Of a DNA stretch of 64,000 nucleotides, positions 24,667-32,915 are shown one piece after another; positions within the stretch are counted from its first letter, which is position 1, and each line of letters starts with the position of its first letter. The DNA is from Sphingopyxis sp. (GTDB taxonomy: Bacteria; Pseudomonadota; Alphaproteobacteria; Sphingomonadales; Sphingomonadaceae). Where the stretch lies: NCBI GenBank assembly GCA_013821905.1, contig PNJO01000001.1, forward strand, positions 5,989-69,988, given 5' to 3'. The notes under the pieces are model-generated. The model was not told where the DNA came from. It made no database searches and saw only the letters and a list, made by a program, of their open reading frames with translations. Made by a program: the position numbers and the translations under genes.

Positions 24667-24943
24667 CGTCAGCCCCGCTCCCGGAGTCACCGGACTTGGG
24701 GATAGCCAGTATCAAAGCATCGCGGATCAGCGCGAGAGGGCCGGCGCGGCGGTCATGATCGCGCAGGATCAGTTCTTCGGAAATCCCGGCGACGCCGGCT
24801 TCCCGATATTCATCCTGATGGACGCGTATTTCATATGTCCCGATGGGGCCTGAGCCCGCGATGTTCCCGGCGGTGATCTCGCCAACTTTGCGTTTCAGCT
24901 CGGCGCGGCCCCACGGCCAGACCTCGACAGTTACGACCAGCAT
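24656..24943 (-). CDS. small hypothetical protein
   Basis: 95 aa, with AGGA 8 nt upstream of the ATG. It overlaps the start of the DUF2384 gene by ~11 nt. No motif recognised. Confidence 0.45.
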   Translation of the reverse strand: MLVVTVEVWPWGRAELKRKVGEITAGNIAGSGPIGTYEIRVHQDEYREAGVAGISEELILRDHDRRAGPLALIRDALILAIPKSGDSGSGADDDR

Positions 24944-25086
24944 ATAATTATCCTAACATCCATATCTTGAGGTTAGCGTCGGCAACTTACCCTTCGCCTC
25001 CGCTTTTTGCAGGGCTTCACCCAACGGCCATTCTTCGGCCAACCGGAAAAAGCGCGCAGCGCAGGCGCGAGAAGAGCCTCATTGCT

Positions 25087-25554
25087 TCATTGCTCACCGA
25101 AGCACGCCCCGTCGAAATCTGAGGACGCTGTCAGGCCCTTTTTCGTCAGTTTGAAGAGCGGTCCGGCCGGATCGAAGGCGGGTGCGAAATAGAGCGCACC
25201 ATCGATGAGGCGGGCGCAATATTCCGAGTGCCAGACGGGAACGAGGCCATCGATGCCGATTTCCAGGGTGACCTTCTTGGGCCCGATGGACGGTCTGGAA
25301 ACGCTGACAACGATGGCGTCGCACTTGGACATGCACATGGCATTCTCGACCCGTCTGCGGCCGCCGTCGTCCAAAGTGACGGCAGGTACGATCAGAAGAT
25401 ATGCGTCGGGTGCGATCAGGAATTGCGCGAACTGGCGCGGCAGCATCGAAATATCGCTGTCCAGATCGAGGCCGGCGATCTCGATGATCGTGAGGGCGAT
25501 CTTGAGGATCTCGGCCTCTTCGGCCCGGTCCCTGGCGGTCATATATTTTTTCAT
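25087..25554 (-). CDS. hypothetical protein
   Basis: 155 aa with balanced composition (MKKYMTARDRAEEAEILKIALTIIEIAGLD...). The overlapping + strand ORFs look like antisense artefacts. Confidence 0.55.
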   Translation of the reverse strand: MKKYMTARDRAEEAEILKIALTIIEIAGLDLDSDISMLPRQFAQFLIAPDAYLLIVPAVTLDDGGRRRVENAMCMSKCDAIVVSVSRPSIGPKKVTLEIGIDGLVPVWHSEYCARLIDGALYFAPAFDPAGPLFKLTKKGLTASSDFDGACFGEQ

Positions 25555-25643
25555 CGTCTATCCATTCTTGCAGCGGCTCCGGCTGGCTGCCGCTGCTTTC
25601 ATCTCTTCGCTCCAGCCGTCAGACTGGCTCCTTCCATTTGAAA

Positions 25644-25669
25644 GCGGCGGCAGGCTCTGCTGCCGCCGC
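25644..25669. terminator. GC-rich hairpin flanked by T-tracts on both strands
   Basis: GCGGCGGCAG (25644-25653) pairs with CTGCCGCCGC (25660-25669) around a 6-nt loop. It is followed by GGATATTTTTA on the + strand and TTTCAAATGG on the - strand. It is unclear which transcript it would terminate. Confidence 0.4.
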
Positions 25670-25851
25670 GGATATTTTTACCTATTTCTTGTGAGTTCCG
25701 GCGGCCATTGCGTGGAGATTCCGCAATGCCTGAATTGGCCGCAATCCGGACGGTCGCGAGGGTCAGAGGCCAAGCCGGAATATTCTTGGCTTAATCTTCC
25801 TGTCGTAAATCCGTATCTATATTCATGGAATTGCAGGAGAAAAAAGAAGTC

Positions 25852-26073
25852 ATGACGATAGCGTACAAGATTCCGGCGTTGGACCTTCACCAGGGGCACC
25901 GGGTTGAATTGCAAGAATATGGCCTGGCGGAGTCGATGACCGTATTCGAGGTGTATCAGGGAAAACCTGCCGCGAAGGACGTGCTTCCCGGCGGATATGA
26001 TCTGTCGATGCTTCCGATCGAGGATGTATCGCGCAATGACGACGATGACGTGTCCGAAGATAATGCCGGATGA
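25852..26073 (+). CDS. small acidic hypothetical protein (weak call)
   Basis: AGGAGA lies 11 nt upstream of ATG 25852, and an in-frame ATG sits at 25825. 73 aa ending in an Asp-rich tail. It lies in a lower-GC stretch, and a competing - ORF (25956..26297) overlaps it. Confidence 0.35.
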   Translation: MTIAYKIPALDLHQGHRVELQEYGLAESMTVFEVYQGKPAAKDVLPGGYDLSMLPIEDVSRNDDDDVSEDNAG

Positions 26074-26369
26074 CGTTGATTGTCGCGCCCCGGTCGGGTG
26101 CGCGCGGAATTGTAATCTACATCGCCGATGATCAAAAAGAGGTAAGCGTGGTTGACGCCGAGGAAACTCAGCAGGCCATTTGACGCATCCCAAAGATCGA
26201 ATTCCAGGCCTCCTTGCGATGATGTCGCAAGGAGGCCTGCATCGGAGAGATGCAGATCTTTGTCGACGAACTCAGCGACGAAGCCCGGATCAGCCAATAT
26301 ACGGACATAGTCGATGCCGTCCGATATCTGGTGCGATCCGGTAAAAATGGATATCCGCTGATCTGAAGG

Positions 26370-26966
26370 TCAGGATCTTCGGCGCTCCTGCCATTCCGCC
26401 CATTCAGCCGCGATCATCGCCTTGCCCGCATCGGCGGAAAATGGCCGGACGAACGGGCCGAAGCCGTAACATTGCAGTTCGCGGGCCGGTGCCATCAAAT
26501 GAATATGCGGTGGGTTCGTCGAGCCCACGGTTACGGGCAGGTGCATCGCCGCAATCACGGCGACATTGCGCTCGCGGCACAAGCGTTCGATCGCAAATGC
26601 GCGAACATCCTCCCAGGCCCGATGCAGGCGATCGGGGTTGGGAAAGCGCAGCGTGATCATGACGAAGAGGTCCTTGAGATTGCTGCACGCCTGCTCTTCA
26701 TATTTTTCGCAGAGGTGTTTCGGATCGCGAAACTCGTCGTTCGCGTGAGGTGGCAAAAGAACGTCCCAGCGATAGCAGCTAGGCAGCCATGGCGCAGCGA
26801 CGTCGACCTTTTGCCCCGGGCACAGGCGCTTGAGGACCGAGGTGGGAACGGTCCGGACGGGGCCATCCTTGATCTGCCGGCGCACGACGCCGAACACGAA
26901 GTTCGGATCGTCACCGCCAGGAATGGGCACGAAGTCGAGCTCGCCAGGGGCAGGGATTTTCTTCAT
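26370..26966 (-). CDS. hypothetical protein with relaxase-like HxxxxNPPHxH motif
   Basis: The likely start MKKIPAPGE (ATG 26966) overlaps the upstream stop (ATGA). LFVMITLRFPNPDRL...NVAVIAAMHLPVTVGSTNPPHIHLMAPAREL resembles the MOBQ relaxase motifs (hhhSlP...; aiH.D..NPHaHhh). Confidence 0.55.
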   Translation of the reverse strand: MKKIPAPGELDFVPIPGGDDPNFVFGVVRRQIKDGPVRTVPTSVLKRLCPGQKVDVAAPWLPSCYRWDVLLPPHANDEFRDPKHLCEKYEEQACSNLKDLFVMITLRFPNPDRLHRAWEDVRAFAIERLCRERNVAVIAAMHLPVTVGSTNPPHIHLMAPARELQCYGFGPFVRPFSADAGKAMIAAEWAEWQERRRS

Positions 26967-27562
26967 CACCACGACCAGCCTCCGATCTTGTGCGAAGTGA
27001 GGTGCGCGCTCGCCCGATCGATCCCGGCATCGCGATCCCAATCGTCGGCAAAAGGATGATGCTCCGACAGGAACAGACCGCGCTGCATCAGATGGATTGA
27101 TGGACCGCTGCCCGGCGGAACGAGCCAGCTATCGCCGGCGAGGCTGCGGAACAGGCGATAGCACAGTAGCCATTCGAGATCGGCAGGGCTGGGCAGGGCG
27201 ATGTCGACCGTCACATCGGTCGACGATCCGTCCGCTGCTCGCCGGAGCAACAAGACCGGGTGGCCCGTCGCGATCGCGACGACTTCGGTCTCGCCCAGGA
27301 ACAACGGAGCCGCAGCTGCGGTGGCATGGACGATTATATTCGGAGTCTTCAGAAAAAGGCTCCCAGGGAGCAACGTCGCCGCCATTCCACGGTCGGGACG
27401 GGCCGAACTGTGCATCAGCGCAGCAACATGGTGCATGAGTTTGCTGTCGGCGCGCGTCACCGCGGGGAGTGGAACACTGCCCCTCAGGACAGTATGTAAC
27501 ATGGAGCCGTAACCGTCGGTCGGGTCCAGTGGATCGGATATTGTCGAAAATTGCACGGGCAT
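26966..27562 (-). CDS. hypothetical protein
   Basis: The likely start MPVQFSTISDP (ATG 27562) follows AAGAG. The ORF is open to 27652. No recognisable motif. Confidence 0.5.
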   Translation of the reverse strand: MPVQFSTISDPLDPTDGYGSMLHTVLRGSVPLPAVTRADSKLMHHVAALMHSSARPDRGMAATLLPGSLFLKTPNIIVHATAAAAPLFLGETEVVAIATGHPVLLLRRAADGSSTDVTVDIALPSPADLEWLLCYRLFRSLAGDSWLVPPGSGPSIHLMQRGLFLSEHHPFADDWDRDAGIDRASAHLTSHKIGGWSW

Positions 27563-27696
27563 TGCTCTTAATTGGGAACCCGGTTGCCGGGGCTCAGGCG
27601 GCAGCCCAGCTTCAGATGCTTTCATCCTTCCAGCAGGGCCAACCTGCCTCATCTTCCCCTTTCAAGCGGGAGGAACCGCCGCAATCCTGTCTGCTT

Positions 27697-27726
27697 GACG
27701 CGGGTTGCGTGCACGCAACCCGCGTC
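27697..27726. repeat. perfect 30-bp palindrome GACGCGGGTTGCGTG|CACGCAACCCGCGTC
   Basis: Read directly from the sequence. It lies 7 nt downstream (- strand sense) of the relaxase stop. Its 18-nt core GGTTGCGTGCACGCAACC recurs with one change at 30154-30171. Confidence 0.9.
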
Positions 27727-27733
27727 CGGCGGC

Positions 27734-29974
27734 TCATCGCTCGTGACCGCCGCGCCCGCGCGACGGACCGGGGCGTGACGGCTCGGGCGGGCTCTCCGTG
27801 CTGCGCGCGGCCCGCGGCAGGGGCAATGTCCAGGCAAGCGGGAGCGCCTTGCGGTCGATCGGTCGGTCGGCGGTCAGCTTGCCGAGCGCGACCAGGGCGT
27901 TCCGCCCGGTTGGCGAAGCCTCGAGTTTTCCGGCAATGCTCCGCAGGGCCTCGGACTCGCAGTAGAGATATGCGTCGCTACCGATCATGCGCATCGCGAA
28001 CTGCCCCTTGATGATGGCCTTTGCGATCACCCCCACGGCGGCAAGGGGCATATCATTGGCCCCGGGCCATTTGCCCTGTTCGACCAATGTTTCGGCGCGC
28101 GCGATAATCCGGTCGGCGCGGCTCCGGAGCTCGGCGTCGGCTGCGGCCTTCGCCAGCGCTACCTTCTTCTGCTCGCGGCGCTGCGCCTCTTCGCGGACCT
28201 GCCAATCCCGCCGCAGCCCTTCAAGAAGCGTCTGCATGTCGCGCGACGGATAAGCTGCCCAATAGGCATCTCTAAGGCGCATATCGAGACTATAGGGATC
28301 GAGCTTGGGCCGACCTTCGCTCGCGACAAATGGCGATCGGGCGCTTCCTTCAACATGTCGTTTCAACGCCGTGAGCGTTGCCTCCCATTTGCGGGCATGG
28401 ATGCGCTGGATGATAGCTTCGGCTTCGAAGCGATCGATATCGACATGTTGCGACGTGAAGCCCTGCGCAATCGCAAATCCCGTGGCAGTTCGAACGATCG
28501 GAGGAAAGGCGGTCTGGCGGAGACTGCGTGCCGCGGCGGCGATTGCGCGGCGGCGTTCCGGATCGCGCGTCACCGGCGGCCTGTGCAGGACCGGTTGTGC
28601 TTGTGGTTCCGGAAGAGGCTGACGGGCACGCGGTTCCGCATTCTGCAGTCGTTCGGTGAGCGATTGCAGCCGCGTCCTCGCGGCAGCATGCGTGTCGTGC
28701 GTCAATTGCCGCAGCAGGACGGCGCGTCGAACGGCGGTCGCGCGAAGCTCGGCGGCTTTCGATGCCAGATTGGTCCGCGCCCGCGAAGCGTAGCCGGCGA
28801 TCAGGGCGCGCCGATCCTGTTCGGGTTCGGCTGCGATCCGGGTGACCGCACCCCGCAGCCGCTGTAATGTCGCCTGACGCTGCAGCAAGGCGGCGCGCTC
28901 CTGCTGCATCCGCGCAAGGTCTTCCTGTTTGCGCTGCCAATGCTTCTCGCCCGGAGTCGATTTGCCCGAACGCTTCGAGCGGGGTTCGAGACCCCGATCG
29001 GCATCACTGAGCGCGGTAAAGCGCCGGGGGTGGTTTTCCCGCGCCATGGCGGCGTTCAGGATGTCGGCGACCTTGTGACGAAAGGGCTCGATGAAGCTTT
29101 CGTCGTTGAGGTCGCTCGACTTGTCGGTCGCGAAGGCATAGCGGCCCAGCCCGTCGATGACGCACGGCCGCAGGCTGAACATGACGTGGGCATGGAAGTT
29201 GCGCTGGTCGCCGCGCGGATCGGGTGCGTGCAGGACGCCGGCATAGGGAAGATCATGCTCGGCGAAGAGCGCGCACGCGTCGCGCAATATCTGTTCGCGC
29301 CCCGCGGGTGTCAGCTCGTGAGGCAGCGAGAGAACGAGCGACATATAGACATTTGCATTGGCGCGATCATGCGCCTCGAGGTCTTCGAGTGCGGCGAAGA
29401 AGCCGGCGAATTCGTCGGGGTCCTGCGATATGTTGGAAACTAGCCCGTCGACGCCGGGCTCGCGGGCGCTGGCGCGGATGATGTAGCGCAGGTGCCGCAC
29501 CGCCTCGCCAGGCTTGTAAGTCCGCGAGCGATTGGCGCGCCGCTCGCCAAAACCCCGGCTCGTGAACTTGCAATGGAACGATGACAGCCCATCAGCCTTG
29601 GTGGCGCTGCGCTTGCCGAAGTGGAACAGCTTGTCGAACTGCTTGATCTCGCGTTCGCCGATCTGCCCGCCGCCATAGGCACGGGCATAGGTGAGGATCG
29701 TCCGATCGCGCTCGCGGCTCGCTTTCCGGCTTGCGGCGCCGACTTTGCGAAGATGCGCGTCGAGCTTGCGCAGTTCCCGGTCGATCTCGCGAAGGCGTTT
29801 CTTGGTCGCTTTGTGCAGCGCCCGGGCATCGGCGTCGTCGGCCGCTTCCGCTTGTATGGCCAAACGGAGCTCGCCGAGGCGGCGCATCTTGTCGGCGCGT
29901 GCCGCGCTGAGGATCGCGGTCAAGCTCGCCGCATCGGCCTTCCGGCCATCGTGGATCCAGACGTGACGTGTCAT
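27734..29974 (-). CDS. MOBQ (MobA/MobL-like) relaxase, putative
   Basis: The likely start MTRHVWIHDG (ATG 29974) follows AGGAAGG; the 5' extension of the ORF runs through a hairpin. NVYMSLVLSLPHELTPAGREQIL...YAGVLHAPDPRGDQRNFHAHVMFSLRP matches the relaxase motifs. The C-terminal half is Ala/Arg-rich and coiled-coil-like. Confidence 0.65.
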   Translation of the reverse strand: MTRHVWIHDGRKADAASLTAILSAARADKMRRLGELRLAIQAEAADDADARALHKATKKRLREIDRELRKLDAHLRKVGAASRKASRERDRTILTYARAYGGGQIGEREIKQFDKLFHFGKRSATKADGLSSFHCKFTSRGFGERRANRSRTYKPGEAVRHLRYIIRASAREPGVDGLVSNISQDPDEFAGFFAALEDLEAHDRANANVYMSLVLSLPHELTPAGREQILRDACALFAEHDLPYAGVLHAPDPRGDQRNFHAHVMFSLRPCVIDGLGRYAFATDKSSDLNDESFIEPFRHKVADILNAAMARENHPRRFTALSDADRGLEPRSKRSGKSTPGEKHWQRKQEDLARMQQERAALLQRQATLQRLRGAVTRIAAEPEQDRRALIAGYASRARTNLASKAAELRATAVRRAVLLRQLTHDTHAAARTRLQSLTERLQNAEPRARQPLPEPQAQPVLHRPPVTRDPERRRAIAAAARSLRQTAFPPIVRTATGFAIAQGFTSQHVDIDRFEAEAIIQRIHARKWEATLTALKRHVEGSARSPFVASEGRPKLDPYSLDMRLRDAYWAAYPSRDMQTLLEGLRRDWQVREEAQRREQKKVALAKAAADAELRSRADRIIARAETLVEQGKWPGANDMPLAAVGVIAKAIIKGQFAMRMIGSDAYLYCESEALRSIAGKLEASPTGRNALVALGKLTADRPIDRKALPLAWTLPLPRAARSTESPPEPSRPGPSRGRGGHER

Positions 29975-30147
29975 GATGCCGATACCTTCCTGGAGAAAGT
30001 TATGGGCCGCAGCATTCACCTCGCAGGTGAATACGTTATCGCGCGCCCATAACTTTCTCCTGCCTTTCTGCTCTGTGGTCGCGGGCCAAAGGACCGCGGA
30101 GTACCATTCGGATTTGAGGGAGATGCCCAGCGAGGCCGACAAAAGGA

Positions 30148-30177
30148 GAGGGCGGTTGCGTGCGCGCAACCGCCCTC
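30148..30177 (-). terminator. 13-bp-stem hairpin downstream of the ParB-family gene
   Basis: GAGGGCGGTTGCG (30148-30160) pairs with CGCAACCGCCCTC (30165-30177) around a 4-nt loop. On the - strand it is followed by TCCTTTTGTC. It shares its core with the palindrome at 27697. Confidence 0.55.
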
Positions 30178-30187
30178 GATGGACCGG

Positions 30188-31132
30188 CTATTTGAAGCCG
30201 ATCTGTTTCAGCGCATGGCCGATCGCGATGATCAGCGGCTTCACCATGACCGAGTCGGCAGTTGGAAGGAGCTTGATCGTCACGCCACTCTTGCTGTGCT
30301 GAAGCGACCCAAACGTGGTTCCGTCGATGACGATCTCGGCGCTGTTGGCGTCTGCTGGCGGAGCGATCACCGCTTCGAGCGCCTTGAACACGGTCGCAGC
30401 GCTCTGAGGTCCATTGGCCGAAAGCGCGTCAATGGTGTCGCTCAACGTGTCGTGGAACTCGGGCATGTTCCAGTCGCGCATGAACGAACTTGCCTGCGCC
30501 GCGCTAATAGCGTGGCGGTCCTTGATGATACCCATCATCGCGGGGGGCAGCCGGGTGATCGCCAGCGTCCGGTTAACCGTGCTCTTATTGAGGCCGAGGG
30601 CCTCGGCGAACGCGGCCTCGGTCGGGTAGGTGCCCGGAATCGCGCGGTCGTAGAAGAGCGCCTTCTCATATTGCGACATATCGGATCGCCCGCGGTTTTC
30701 CGCATCGACGATCTTGATCGCTGCCGCATCGTCGAGATCGCGCAGATCGACCAGGATCTGCATCGGATCGTCATCGCCGCGCGTTTCGTTAATCTGCCGG
30801 ATCGCCGTCAGACGGCAGGCACCGGCGATGATTTCCAGACGGTCGGGCGCGTCGGGCGCGATGCGCGCGATGGCTGGCACCTTTTGCCCGACGGATTTGA
30901 GCGAATCCATCAGGTCGAGAAAACTGCCTGAACCCAGGGCCTGGACATCGCGCGTATTGCCGGGCCAGATATTGCAAAGATCGGGACTGACCGAGAAAGG
31001 GCCGCCTTTGCTAAGTATCTTCCAGCGGGCTCGGGCGCGGGATTTTTCGTCGGCGACCGATGGAACAATGTCTTCGTAATTGACATCCGTCAGGCCGGCT
31101 ATGCTATCTTGTTCACTCATTTGATCCTCCAT
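30188..31132 (-). CDS. ParB/RepB-family partition-like protein
   Basis: 314 aa. GQKVPAIARIAPDAPDRLEIIAGACRLTA is the ParB box (GQ..P..vr...yeiiaGerR..A). VDAENRGRSDMSQYEKALFY and an HTH (EALGLNKSTVNRTLAI) follow. No ParA gene is adjacent. Confidence 0.85.
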   Translation of the reverse strand: MEDQMSEQDSIAGLTDVNYEDIVPSVADEKSRARARWKILSKGGPFSVSPDLCNIWPGNTRDVQALGSGSFLDLMDSLKSVGQKVPAIARIAPDAPDRLEIIAGACRLTAIRQINETRGDDDPMQILVDLRDLDDAAAIKIVDAENRGRSDMSQYEKALFYDRAIPGTYPTEAAFAEALGLNKSTVNRTLAITRLPPAMMGIIKDRHAISAAQASSFMRDWNMPEFHDTLSDTIDALSANGPQSAATVFKALEAVIAPPADANSAEIVIDGTTFGSLQHSKSGVTIKLLPTADSVMVKPLIIAIGHALKQIGFK

Positions 31133-31425
31133 TCAAGGTTGGGGATCAAAGTCATGGACGCCGCGCTCAGACCGATTCGGCGTTGGCGGCCCTCGAGATG
31201 TTGAACACCATACAATATTCAGACCGCCAGCGACCGCAGGCGGCGATATCAGGTCGCGATGGTCAGAGTGATGTGTCTGGCTAATACAGCTGTGATCTAG
31301 CCGTAAGTGGCTGATTAGGAATGGCCCTTTCCTCGGGGAACCTGCGCGGCTCGCGGTTTCATCATTTACTGGTCGCACATGTTGCGGGATCGAAGTGCGG
31401 TGATGCTTTGGACGTTACGCGAGGG

Positions 31426-32913
31426 CTACCCTTCGTCCGGCTCAAGCCAGCGGCCTTGCGACGACCCTCTAGGGATCAGGACGGTCGAGAAGACGCGCGG
31501 GGTTTCCGTCATCGTCACCGCTTCGGTCACGCCCTGATATCGTCCGAGCGGCGTGTTTGCCTCGAAACGAAGGGGGTCGAGAAGCGCGTGGGGACCCTCG
31601 TTGCCCGCGGTGGCCCGGGCGAAATCCTTGTCGAACACACCCAGCGACAGCAACCAGAGCGCCGCCCGGGTCAACGAGACATGAACCTTCCAGGAGCCGC
31701 CGACCGTCGCGCGGCGATGGAGCGCGGCCATCGCCCCTGTGGCGGCCAGCCAGCCGACGAGATAGTCGTTGACGATAACGGTCGGCGGCAGCGCAGCCTT
31801 GTCCGGTGTCCCCTCGATCGACAGCATGCCGGTAACGGCGCCGGCGACCTGGTCGAAGCCCGGCCGATTTGCCCAGGGGCCATGCTCGCCATGCGTGCTG
31901 ATCGAGACATGGACGATTCCGGGGCGGCGGGCGGCCGCCGTTTGGGCATCGAGGCCGATCGACGCGAGATAGCCGGGGCGGCGGTTCGCAAAAAAGATGT
32001 CGGCGCCTTCGAGCAGGCCCGCGAGCGTGGCCGATCCTGCATCGCTGCGCGGATCGAGGCGGATAGAGCGCAGGCCGACATTTGCGGTGCAATAGAGCGC
32101 TTCCTGCTCATATTCGTTCGGACGCCAGACGTTGAGCACGTCCGCGCCGAGCGAAGCGAGCGAGCGGCCGCAACCCGCGCCCGCGATGACATGGCCCATC
32201 CCCAGCGCCCTGATCCCCGACAAAGGCTGTAGTCCCGCAGGTGGCAGAGGCCGAACCGGGGCATCGCCGATCTGCTCGATCGAAATCAACGGCTGGTCGA
32301 GAAGATAGTCGGCCACGGGTTCATCGAAGAATTCCTCGAGCGTGCGGACCTTGCAAAGCACGAGACCTTCGGTCTCGAACATCATCTCGAGCTCGTCGGC
32401 GGTATGGCCCGCGATGGCTTTCGCAATCGACTTGGGATTGTCGGCGCAATCGAGCAACGCCAGCATCCTGGTGCGGAGTTGTGGATAGAGGTTGGCCGGA
32501 AGCACCTCGCGCCCGTCGGACGTGCGATAGAACATCAGGAAATTTCGCACGGTGGCATCCTCGATCTGCGGAGGATGGCCGTTGAGCAGCTCCCAGCGGC
32601 GCTCGGTACTGGGCGCGAGACGGCGCAGGGCATGAGCGAGCTCGATCTCGATATCTTGTCCCGGCCCACCGCGGAGCCGGTGAAGCGCGGCTGCGACGAT
32701 CGATTGCTGCACAAGCCCCAGCGCCGCGCCGCCGCCGAGCCGGAGCGTGCTGGGCATGAGCGGGTCGGCGCCCGCGAAGGTCACGCGGCCGCCGCTGTCC
32801 ACCGGGCAAAACCCGATTTCGTCCAGCATTGCCGCAAGCGCTTCGTGGATGTCGAACGCCGCATCGGTCGCCGGGGCGGCGACCGCTTGCGCCAGTCTGC
32901 TGCGAAGGTCCAT
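31426..32913 (-). CDS. CoA-transferase family III (CaiB/BaiF) protein
   Basis: The real start is MDLRSRLAQ at ATG 32913; the 265-codon upstream extension is Arg-rich junk. LSGIRALGMGHVIAGAGCGRSLASLGADVLNV and GFDQVAGAVTG are typical family III motifs. Confidence 0.85.
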   Translation of the reverse strand: MDLRSRLAQAVAAPATDAAFDIHEALAAMLDEIGFCPVDSGGRVTFAGADPLMPSTLRLGGGAALGLVQQSIVAAALHRLRGGPGQDIEIELAHALRRLAPSTERRWELLNGHPPQIEDATVRNFLMFYRTSDGREVLPANLYPQLRTRMLALLDCADNPKSIAKAIAGHTADELEMMFETEGLVLCKVRTLEEFFDEPVADYLLDQPLISIEQIGDAPVRPLPPAGLQPLSGIRALGMGHVIAGAGCGRSLASLGADVLNVWRPNEYEQEALYCTANVGLRSIRLDPRSDAGSATLAGLLEGADIFFANRRPGYLASIGLDAQTAAARRPGIVHVSISTHGEHGPWANRPGFDQVAGAVTGMLSIEGTPDKAALPPTVIVNDYLVGWLAATGAMAALHRRATVGGSWKVHVSLTRAALWLLSLGVFDKDFARATAGNEGPHALLDPLRFEANTPLGRYQGVTEAVTMTETPRVFSTVLIPRGSSQGRWLEPDEG

Positions 32914-32915
32914 GA

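Noticed and set aside
25205-25855. 216-aa and 137-aa + strand ORFs opposite 25087..25554
   Set aside because: Their composition (Ser/Arg/Ala runs, Asp/Gly runs) looks antisense-derived, whereas the - strand ORF has a balanced, structured-looking sequence.
29975-30169. N-terminal 65-codon extension of the relaxase ORF
   Set aside because: The extension begins inside the 30148-30177 hairpin and lacks an RBS. ATG 29974 has AGGAAGG upstream.
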